Of a stretch of 35,708 nt of DNA, positions 8,133-14,957 are shown one piece after another. The DNA is taken from positions 1 to 35,708 of IMG/VR virus record IMGVR_UViG_3300042348_000335; one strand, written 5' to 3'. A program made the position numbers and the translations under genes. Numbering within the stretch: the first letter of the stretch is position 1; the number at the start of each line of letters is the position of its first letter. The notes beneath the pieces were generated by a model. That model worked only from the letters and a program-made list of their open reading frames with translations, was not told the DNA's origin and did not search any database. This DNA is from a virus (Duplodnaviria > Caudoviricetes).

Positions 8133-8331
8133 AATCTACCTCGTCGCCATTCCGAAGAAAGGCTACGATCTGGTGAAGCGGCAGCGTCACCTGCTCAAAG
8201 AACTTCTTGGAGTACTCCGTGTCACCCTGAAAGAAGAACTCCTGTTCCGTCATGGCTGCATTGCGCAGCGCATCAGTCACAAGTTTCTCTACGTTATCTA
8301 GGTCTATTGCCAACTGTTTCATCTTACCCAT
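8125..8331 (-). CDS. Hypothetical protein (MGKMKQLAID...)
   Basis: GGAGAGG RBS before ATG 8331. Confidence 0.65.
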   Translation of the reverse strand: MGKMKQLAIDLDNVEKLVTDALRNAAMTEQEFFFQGDTEYSKKFFEQVTLPLHQIVAFLRNGDEVDYV

Positions 8332-8641
8332 CGTAGTCCTCTCCTTCTGGCTCTGCCGCGTCATAGCAATCTTCGCAATACCCATTGCCGTTGCCCTTGT
8401 TCACGCGCTCGCACCATCCCTCGTCAATGGTGTCGTCGCAACTGTCGCAGTTGATACCGTGTGGATTGTCCACATCCCAACTGTAGATTGCTACGAGGTC
8501 ATCGCCTGCTACGTCCCATAGCGTCTGGTGTGTACTGACGCTGATCGGATTACCGACCACGCCATACTGACCAAACGCGCAGGTATTGCAGACGAACTCT
8601 GCGTCTACGCTCTGATACCCCAACGGAATGTGCTCAGCCAT
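8324..8641 (-). CDS. Acidic protein with three CxxC motifs
   Basis: CNTC, CDSC, CEDC; GGGAG RBS before ATG 8641. Confidence 0.65.
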   Translation of the reverse strand: MAEHIPLGYQSVDAEFVCNTCAFGQYGVVGNPISVSTHQTLWDVAGDDLVAIYSWDVDNPHGINCDSCDDTIDEGWCERVNKGNGNGYCEDCYDAAEPEGEDYDG

Positions 8642-9041
8642 AAACCAACTCCCCAAATACTGCATACTGAATGATGACCTCACCACCAGTAGCGTCCATG
8701 TCTACCTCGCCATCACGCGCTTGGTAGAGGTGCGGATGATTGGCGAATGCCAACGCAAACCCGCGCTCAATGTCAGCCCTACGGATAGGAACCCACGTGT
8801 TGGGGTCGCGAGTCGGCTCGCCCTGACGATCATCTTCCCTGACATACACATACACGAAGTCATCGGGTAGATCCTTGATCTTGTTATAGTTCTCCTCGCC
8901 ATACTTGGCATCAACATCTACATACCACGTGCTCCACTTGTAGTCCTTGCACTCGCCCCAGTAGTTGATGCCACCCTCAATGGCGCAGTGCAGGATGTCT
9001 ACCAAATCTTTAGGCTCTAGTTGCACTTGCAAGATCTTCAC
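8634..9041 (-). CDS. Conserved phage early protein (EGGINYW...QYAVFGELVYG type)
   Basis: AAGGAGG RBS before GTG 9041; motif pair I recognise from hypothetical proteins of actinobacterial and environmental phages. Confidence 0.7.
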   Translation of the reverse strand: MKILQVQLEPKDLVDILHCAIEGGINYWGECKDYKWSTWYVDVDAKYGEENYNKIKDLPDDFVYVYVREDDRQGEPTRDPNTWVPIRRADIERGFALAFANHPHLYQARDGEVDMDATGGEVIIQYAVFGELVYG

Positions 9042-9198
9042 GAACTGCCTCCTTAAAGTCTGCGATTGCAGTCTCCTTGTCCACAAAGTAATACGCTGTG
9101 GACTTGCGGTAGCCATTGACGATGGCGGATACTACGATTGCGCCCGTGCCCTGCACGGTGTATGCGCTTACCTCAATTTCGTCGGCTGTCGTATCCAA
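9010..9198 (-). CDS. Small hypothetical protein
   Basis: AGGAGGG RBS with TTG start. Confidence 0.6.
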   Translation of the reverse strand: MDTTADEIEVSAYTVQGTGAIVVSAIVNGYRKSTAYYFVDKETAIADFKEAVREDLASATRA

Positions 9199-9559
9199 CT
9201 GGTCGCCCTCCTATGCTCTCTCGTACGACAAAGATGTCTGGCTCAATGTCTAGGTTGTAGACTGAGTACTCAAAGCGCAGTTCCTTAAACTCTTCGCACC
9301 ATCCATCAAGCATGTGCGAGATGTAGGTGTGGTCAAACACTTCCCATGAGCACGAGGTGCTCTCCGCCTCAACCCAGTATCGTTCCTTGCCATCGCTATG
9401 CTTCGGTCCGTTGCCCTTGTCTGCACCAAGACCGTTGATGTCAAAGCCCATGTCAAAGAGCCAGTCTTCTACGGACTTGATTGCATCGGGCATCCAGTTG
9501 TTCATACTGGCGATGCCTGTGTTGTCTATGCTGATGTATACCCTAGCGTGTGCGCTCAT
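9173..9559 (-). CDS. Hypothetical protein
   Basis: GAGGAG RBS; TAATG coupling. Confidence 0.7.
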   Translation of the reverse strand: MSAHARVYISIDNTGIASMNNWMPDAIKSVEDWLFDMGFDINGLGADKGNGPKHSDGKERYWVEAESTSCSWEVFDHTYISHMLDGWCEEFKELRFEYSVYNLDIEPDIFVVRESIGGRPVGYDSRRN

Positions 9560-9789
9560 TACTCCTCCTCACCGACGAAGAACAACCGACCACCGTCGTT
9601 CATTTCGTCGTCCATTGATACCGCTACCCAACGATAGCGGATGGTCTTGGCAGCGTCATCCCTAAACTCAAACTTGAGCAGAGGGAATCCATCTGCGGAT
9701 ACATTGCCGCCTACCACCCGTCCATTGTATAGCGGGCGGATCATCTCGTCAAGTATGTACTTGCGAGTCATCGTATCGTGATCATCCAT
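9559..9789 (-). CDS. Hypothetical protein
   Basis: GGGAGG RBS. Confidence 0.7.
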   Translation of the reverse strand: MDDHDTMTRKYILDEMIRPLYNGRVVGGNVSADGFPLLKFEFRDDAAKTIRYRWVAVSMDDEMNDGGRLFFVGEEE

Positions 9790-10099
9790 TGTCTGCCTCC
9801 CGTACTGGCTCGGACACTACGCCGAGATACCAACGATCTCGGAACTCTGCAGGCACTGCTGCTCGGATGAACTTGTCGCGGTCAAACATCCCATTGGTTG
9901 CAGCAAGATGCTTGCTCAATCCCTGCACAAACTTCCAATGATGGAAGTCTAGGAGTTCGCGTTCATACAGCGTGTACTTGTGCTCTTCCCCTTCGTACTT
10001 GAGATACTCCCAATGATCCTTGCATTGGTCAGCGATCCATTGGAAGTCCCGCTTGGTAAACTTCGGTGTCTTGCGATTGACTCGTCCGAGTGGAAACAT
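9782..10099 (-). CDS. Conserved phage early protein (TKRDF..IA...N..FD..KF type)
   Basis: FTKRDFQWIAD...LAATNGMFDRDKFIRAA resembles a widespread small phage family; TAATG coupling. Confidence 0.7.
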   Translation of the reverse strand: MFPLGRVNRKTPKFTKRDFQWIADQCKDHWEYLKYEGEEHKYTLYERELLDFHHWKFVQGLSKHLAATNGMFDRDKFIRAAVPAEFRDRWYLGVVSEPVREADNG

Positions 10100-10344
10100 T
10101 AGCGACCACCTTTCTCCTGTTGGAATCGCGCGAGGAACCTTGTGTTCGTCGCATCATCCAGTCCCATTAGTGCCTGTGCGGTGTGCTCCTTCAGCGTATG
10201 CGGGCTGCCTTCCTCACGAACCCAGTCATACCATCCGCTATTGTGAGCCATCTGCTCGTTGTCGTCAAGCCACTTGCGTACATCACGCTTGTACTTGACC
10301 ATCCGATACCACGCTAGGTGTAGTCTGCGCCACTGGTCGTACAT
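10099..10344 (-). CDS. Hypothetical protein
   Basis: GAGGTG RBS; TAATG coupling at both ends. Confidence 0.65.
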   Translation of the reverse strand: MYDQWRRLHLAWYRMVKYKRDVRKWLDDNEQMAHNSGWYDWVREEGSPHTLKEHTAQALMGLDDATNTRFLARFQQEKGGR

Positions 10345-10658
10345 TAGTTCACCTCTTCTAGTGCTTCATCTCTTTCGTACTCCTCAATCGCAGCCAGTTG
10401 GCGTGAGTACATAAACGCTACTGACTCGCTCAACGCATCCCAAAGTGCGTCATCTTCGTGCGTATCTTGTGCAACTTCCACAAGATTTACCCACGGATGG
10501 AACTCAAAGGTACTATCCGTCATACTATCCGCGAACTGGTATGTGATGGCATTGCGCACATCATCGGGAGAGTACGCAATCACTACGCACCCTGCCGCTC
10601 GCATCTCCGCTACATACTTATCAAACTTCTGCATCTTACGCTCGTGTTTACTCGGCAT
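10344..10658 (-). CDS. Hypothetical protein (MPSKHERK...)
   Basis: Internal ATG at 10658 overlaps the upstream gene end. Confidence 0.65.
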   Translation of the reverse strand: MPSKHERKMQKFDKYVAEMRAAGCVVIAYSPDDVRNAITYQFADSMTDSTFEFHPWVNLVEVAQDTHEDDALWDALSESVAFMYSRQLAAIEEYERDEALEEVN

Positions 10659-10983
10659 TGTATCCACCCTTGTCGCTCCAATGTGCGCCCGCATTGTCAT
10701 CGTGGCGGGTTTCACGGTAGTACAACTGGCGATCCTGCTCAATCGCCTTGTATGCGAGGTCAATCACCTCGCCGATAGGGACATTGCGCTTCAGCGTGTA
10801 TCGCTTGAGTTCATTGTACAACTGACCACGGTACTTGCACGAACCGCAGAAGCCATACTCCTCATCGCATTGCTCGTGACACATACAATCGTATGGATCG
10901 CAGCAGTTCTGGCGAGCGATCACCTCGCTCACATAATCAACCGCCTTCATCGTGGCGTTGTACATAATGCGATTACTTGCCAT
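10648..10983 (-). CDS. Cys-rich hypothetical protein
   Basis: CCDPYDCMCHEQC...CGSC; GGAGGT RBS. Confidence 0.65.
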   Translation of the reverse strand: MASNRIMYNATMKAVDYVSEVIARQNCCDPYDCMCHEQCDEEYGFCGSCKYRGQLYNELKRYTLKRNVPIGEVIDLAYKAIEQDRQLYYRETRHDDNAGAHWSDKGGYNAE

Positions 10984-11095
10984 AGTCCATACCTCCGATT
11001 GCCACCCCGTTCAGCCGCAGGATGAAGACGGCTAGGTGTACGCCGAAGTACACCATCGTGAAGATCATAAGCCATCGCGTGATTACGCTAGACAT
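10973..11095 (-). CDS. Small membrane protein
   Basis: WLMIFTMVYFGVHLAVFIL; GGAGG RBS before ATG 11095. Confidence 0.55.
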   Translation of the reverse strand: MSSVITRWLMIFTMVYFGVHLAVFILRLNGVAIGGMDYGK

Positions 11096-11378
11096 ACGCT
11101 TCCTCCAAGCACGCGAGTCGCTCAGCACAGTGAGCCTCGTCGCACGAATACGCATAGCAGTTGAGGGTGCTAGGCTTACCCTTCCATCGCGCGACTGCGA
11201 GGAATGGATCAGGCTGGATGCTCACGATGTTGATGTCTACCTCTTCGCCCTCCTCATTCCAATCGCAATGGATACGCAGGTCAGCAACGGCTTCCGTTGC
11301 ACTCGTGTAGATCTCTTCCCATTCAGGCATACACGCAGGGAAACTAATCTCTGCGTGGTAGTGCTCAATGACTGGCAT
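11088..11378 (-). CDS. Hypothetical acidic protein
   Basis: GAGGAG RBS. Confidence 0.65.
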   Translation of the reverse strand: MPVIEHYHAEISFPACMPEWEEIYTSATEAVADLRIHCDWNEEGEEVDINIVSIQPDPFLAVARWKGKPSTLNCYAYSCDEAHCAERLACLEEAYV

Positions 11379-11580
11379 AATACTCCTCGTTCAGTTGCAT
11401 AAGGGCGAGATACTCCCGCTTGCGCTTCTCCCTCGCCCATTGGAGAATCCGCTTCGGCGTGAAACCTACACCTTGCGCTTGGAAGTATGCGTGGTAGTGC
11501 TCATAGCACAGGTGCTTACCACGAACCTCACGGAAGACTCCACTCCCGCAGAAGAGTTCACTCGTGCGTGCCTCGCACAT
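11365..11580 (-). CDS. Small Cys/His protein (MCEAR...C...LCYEH)
   Basis: TAATG coupling at 11580; putative Zn ligands. Confidence 0.6.
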   Translation of the reverse strand: MCEARTSELFCGSGVFREVRGKHLCYEHYHAYFQAQGVGFTPKRILQWAREKRKREYLALMQLNEEYYASH

Positions 11581-11711
11581 TAGCGTCCGTTGCAGTGCGG
11601 GCAAGACTTGCAAAGAGCCTCGCGCTGACGCTTGGCTTCCTGACGCTTCGCCCATTCCTGCAACTGGTAGATCTGCTCTGCCGTTAGCGGCTTGTACTCG
11701 TTCTTCTGCAT
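11580..11711 (-). CDS. 43-aa protein MQKNEYKPLT...CKSCPHCNGR (not in ORF track)
   Basis: Read manually; AGGAGGT RBS; stop overlaps next start. Confidence 0.6.
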   Translation of the reverse strand: MQKNEYKPLTAEQIYQLQEWAKRQEAKRQREALCKSCPHCNGR

Positions 11712-11719
11712 ACTACCTC

Positions 11720-11887
11720 CTACCAAGCACTGGTGTTGCGCTTGAGTTGCACCTGCATAGCCTCTTGCACGCGCTTCTCAAACTCATTGCGCTTACGCTC
11801 ACGATGCGCTTCCACACGATCCTTGAGCGTGAGTAGGGCGAGCACTGCGCTCATACCCAAGAACGAACCTACGAATGCCTCAAACAT
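11720..11887 (-). CDS. 55-aa protein with N-terminal membrane anchor (not in ORF track)
   Basis: MFEAFVGSFLGMSAVLALLTL then a charged helix; AAGGAGG RBS. Confidence 0.6.
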   Translation of the reverse strand: MFEAFVGSFLGMSAVLALLTLKDRVEAHRERKRNEFEKRVQEAMQVQLKRNTSAW

Positions 11888-11902
11888 ACATCCTCCTTGC
11901 GC

Positions 11903-12109
11903 TTACGCGCTTACTCGTGCGAGGTAGTTGTAATAGAACTCGGTGTGAGCCTCGCACCACCAAGCCCAAGTGCGCTTGACCTTGCCCATCTCGCTCGTCT
12001 TCACGAGCACGAGATCAGCGTGCCGCTTCCCGCAGGGTACGCCTGCCTTCCCATCTGGGCGCGTTGTGAACTGGCACTCCATCACGGGAGTGCTGCTACC
12101 CTTGTACAT
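11903..12109 (-). CDS. Small Cys/His protein (MYKGSS...)
   Basis: GGAGGT RBS before ATG 12109; C..C..CEAH. Confidence 0.6.
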   Translation of the reverse strand: MYKGSSTPVMECQFTTRPDGKAGVPCGKRHADLVLVKTSEMGKVKRTWAWWCEAHTEFYYNYLARVSA

Positions 12110-12341
12110 CTGCGACCTCCTCGGTATTGCGCGCTCGCAAGGGGCGAGAACCCACGGCTCCGCAGCCGTCATCTTCCACGCAGGCGTATGTGATAAACAC
12201 ACGCTGCCCGTAATGCGGAATGCCCTGCCACACGGCAGCCCTTCCACATCTCGGGCACGGGACGGACGGGAATGCCTTCTCGCCCTTCCGCTGCACTAGC
12301 ACGATTGGCTCAACCGTTGAGCCTTCCTCGTGATCAGGCAT
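12096..12341 (-). CDS. Small zinc-ribbon protein
   Basis: CPRCG...CVEDDGCG; AGGAGGG RBS. Confidence 0.6.
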   Translation of the reverse strand: MPDHEEGSTVEPIVLVQRKGEKAFPSVPCPRCGRAAVWQGIPHYGQRVFITYACVEDDGCGAVGSRPLRARNTEEVADVQG

Positions 12342-12344
12342 ACG

Positions 12345-12480
12345 CTATGCCCTCCTATGTGCGGGTACGCCAACGCTTGTGCGTTGGGGCGCACCAGTCT
12401 GCCCTCGCGTGAGAGCAGGCGGGTACGCCCCGCGCCCGAAGGCGCGAGGCAACCGTGCACGCCCGTGCGTGCTTGCGCGA
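12345..12480 (-). ncRNA. Candidate structured cis-acting RNA element (three tandem hairpins)
   Basis: Stems with G-U pairs on the minus strand, a C(UUCG)G tetraloop and an 11-nt direct repeat. Confidence 0.5.
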
Positions 12481-12849
12481 TTACTTGGCGAGGCTTGTTG
12501 CCAAGCCCATCGCGAACTTGGGTACGCCACCCGCGAGACGCTCCACGAGCGTGCCCTTAGCCTCGTCCACGGGGTACGGGTATCCCGCGCCGCGCGTAAG
12601 TGTCTTGCGCCCTCGCGTGATCACGAGGCGGTACTGCTGCGTGCCGCTCTTCTTGGTCTTCTCGTGCGTCCACGCGAATGTGAACCCGCCCGCACTCGCG
12701 ACGATGGCATCGCCCGAAGGCTTCGCCTTCGCCTTCCGTGGCTTCGCCTCGGGTGCAGGTGTGCTCGCAGGCGCGGCTGCGAGGAGTGCGAGGAGAGCAG
12801 CGACCTGCTCGCTCGTGAGTGCTGGCGCGACGCTCTTGCTCTTGCGCAT
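12481..12849 (-). CDS. First early gene; basic Ala/Pro/Lys-rich protein
   Basis: GGGAGG RBS before ATG 12849; downstream of the candidate promoter. Confidence 0.7.
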   Translation of the reverse strand: MRKSKSVAPALTSEQVAALLALLAAAPASTPAPEAKPRKAKAKPSGDAIVASAGGFTFAWTHEKTKKSGTQQYRLVITRGRKTLTRGAGYPYPVDEAKGTLVERLAGGVPKFAMGLATSLAK

Positions 12850-12936
12850 AGTTTCCTCCCGTGTGATCTCGTGCACACGCACACACACCGAGGGGACCTG
12901 CCCACACTGGGCAGGGGCTTTCCTCGGAGCAACACC

Positions 12937-12965
12937 AGAATCTCACGGCGGTCTGGTCTAGTCAA
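12937..12965 (-). promoter_or_regulatory. Candidate early promoter TTGACT-17bp-GATTCT with TG extension
   Basis: Near-consensus -35, 17-bp spacer, TGn before -10; heads the 12-kb minus-strand arm. Confidence 0.6.
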
Positions 12966-12979
12966 GATTCGGAGCCAAT

Positions 12980-13200
12980 CGCGGCACGGGCGTGCGGGGG
13001 TGCGCGGGATCAGGCGCGGCGCAGGCGCAGGCGCACACGCATCCGCACGGGCGCACGGGTATGACGCGCACGCGCGACGCATACCCCCTTGCAAGCGTGA
13101 TAACCCTCGCGCGCACGCAGGCGCGTGGATTTGCCACGGGGGAGTCCTCGGGGAGCGTTTGGCTCGTGCGTGCGGCGGCGGTACACCCAGCCAGACCGCA
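12980..13200. repeat. GC-rich low-complexity non-coding region with short repeats
   Basis: GGCGCA x3 in tandem, GCACGGG x3, CGCGCACGC x2. Confidence 0.6.
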
Positions 13201-13358
13201 CTGAACACCCCCTCTGATAAGGCTCGGCGGGGGTCTTACAGACTGTTCACAAGCATTATCAGTCCCCAGATGCCTTCCATGAAGGTGGAGGACTCTGTTA
13301 AGATGTCTTCATAAACAAACGTAACCATGGTTATAGTTCGTTTATATATATTTTTTAC

Positions 13359-13388
13359 CTGACTGCGCTCAAATTTATGGTGTATAAT
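13359..13388 (+). promoter_or_regulatory. Candidate late-arm promoter CTGACT-18bp-TATAAT with upstream AT tract
   Basis: Perfect TATAAT at 13383-13388; TTTATATATATTTTTT just upstream of -35. Confidence 0.6.
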
Positions 13389-13457
13389 GGACCCTGTTAG
13401 GGATAAGAATAAGTTTAATAACGGTTAAATATCCCCCTGACAGTGGCGCGAGGTTAC

Positions 13458-14792
13458 ATGGTACGACTTGTTTCGCTGAAGAACGACGGTGTGGGGGATG
13501 GTTCCGCCACGCCATCCCCCACCCCTAAGCCGAAGGTTACGAACTGGGAGCAGGTAGAGGAGCGCCAGCAGCGGAACCGTGGAGCGCAGCCCCGCCGACC
13601 TACCCCAAGGACTCCGATCATCACGGCAACGCCAGACCGACCAACGTCGGGTGCAGCCACCCCACCAGCCGTGCCCACAGATCCAACGGCTACCTCCGTA
13701 CTGAAAGGCGAGATCCCAGCAGGCAACCCCATTGGGCGGACTGCCGTCGGGATGCTTAATCCAGAGGTCGGCAGTGCTAAGCCATGGAAGCAGCAGTTCC
13801 GCGACGTAACGGCTCCCGTCTATGATGGGCGTGGCGGGCTAGTGGTCAATGGAGCCAGCCGATTCGGGACGGCAGTGGTTAATGGAACAAAGAACACCCT
13901 GAACGCATATGGATCAATAGACCCGACTGTGCCGTATCGTACAGGCGGAAAGTTCTCAAAAGGCTTGGCGCTGGCAATGCTTGGCGCACAGATCGTTGGC
14001 GGTGGCGCCGCAACAGAGTCAGAAATTGAGGGAGGAAAGAACGCGCTGATCAATGCGTTTGTATCCAGTGGATACCCGAAGGATGTTGCAGAAACGATGG
14101 CAACCGCATACCTTGGGGCTGCCGCGCCTACAAGAACTGTTACGGACACCGTTGCTGGTGCTGCTGGCGATGCCACGTTCATGGCTGCAACTTCTGCGGC
14201 TGGTGCTGGCATCGGTGCACTCTTCTTTGGCATCGGTGCTATTCCTGGGGCAATCATCGGCGCTGGGTTTGGCTGGACTGCTGGACGCATTGCGGCTGGA
14301 GCGAGCACTCTGCTCAACATGGTAGAGGCAGCAACTGGATCAGATATCCCTACGATTAACGACTACTGGATCCACGGCGCACTCTACGAAAAGTCTGGGC
14401 AAACGGCGCATGACGCTGGCATGATTGCCGCTGCGAACTCCGTAAAGATCTATGGCGACCGCTTCCTTTCCGATGAGGCTACGTATGACGAGGAGGAGAA
14501 GATCAAGAGTGGGCATTATGCACAGTCAACAGACGTAGATCCGAAGTATGACGACTACTTTAAGTTTATTCAAGAGGGATACTTCGTTAAGCAAGATGTT
14601 AACGGCAGGTACTACGTGAACGTTGAGGAAGTTCAGAACTACCTTATTAATACCGCCCGACTTACACGTGAGGAAGACCTTCGCCAATTCCTTCCAAAGA
14701 AGACGAGCGTCGGGGATGCCTTCTATAAGAGCAAGCGCCTGACCGATGACATGCTGGCTGGTATGTGGGATACCGCTGGCGTGATGCCATAA
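13458..14792 (+). CDS. Probable internal virion/ejection protein with glycine-zipper hydrophobic segment
   Basis: GAGGT RBS before ATG 13458; Pro-rich N-terminus; AAGAGIGALFFGIGAIPGAIIGAGFG. Confidence 0.55.
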   Translation: MVRLVSLKNDGVGDGSATPSPTPKPKVTNWEQVEERQQRNRGAQPRRPTPRTPIITATPDRPTSGAATPPAVPTDPTATSVLKGEIPAGNPIGRTAVGMLNPEVGSAKPWKQQFRDVTAPVYDGRGGLVVNGASRFGTAVVNGTKNTLNAYGSIDPTVPYRTGGKFSKGLALAMLGAQIVGGGAATESEIEGGKNALINAFVSSGYPKDVAETMATAYLGAAAPTRTVTDTVAGAAGDATFMAATSAAGAGIGALFFGIGAIPGAIIGAGFGWTAGRIAAGASTLLNMVEAATGSDIPTINDYWIHGALYEKSGQTAHDAGMIAAANSVKIYGDRFLSDEATYDEEEKIKSGHYAQSTDVDPKYDDYFKFIQEGYFVKQDVNGRYYVNVEEVQNYLINTARLTREEDLRQFLPKKTSVGDAFYKSKRLTDDMLAGMWDTAGVMP

Positions 14793-14804
14793 GGATGTGC
14801 TAAA

Positions 14805-14957
14805 ATGCCCCTCTACAAAGGTGAACAAAACATCGGCAAGAACTACCGCAAACTAATGGAAGAGGGCTACTCCAAGAAGCAGGCGACCGCCATCGCCATT
14901 AAGGTTGCAGGTCGCAAGGGCGGCAAGAAGAAGCAGGAGAAGAAGAAGCGTGGCTAA
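14805..14957 (+). CDS. 50-aa basic protein MPLYKGEQNIGKNYRKLMEEGYSKKQATAIA... (not in ORF track)
   Basis: Matches the MPL.KG...G...KQA.AIA pattern of small basic phage proteins; AAGGA RBS. Confidence 0.75.
   Translation: MPLYKGEQNIGKNYRKLMEEGYSKKQATAIAIKVAGRKGGKKKQEKKKRG

Noticed and set aside
12345-12480. tRNA or hammerhead ribozyme identity for the hairpin cluster
   Set aside because: No T-loop/anticodon cloverleaf and no CUGANGA/GAAA core found.
12379-13314. 311-aa plus-strand ORF and overlapping ORFs (12455..12961, 12621..13208, 12557..12946)
   Set aside because: Arg/Ala/Cys-rich translations typical of stop-poor GC-rich DNA; no RBS; they overlap a better-supported gene and promoter.
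14796-14806. TGTGCTAAAAT as an extended -10 promoter for the 14805 gene
   Set aside because: The box overlaps the ATG itself, so it cannot transcribe that gene; at most it serves the downstream gene.
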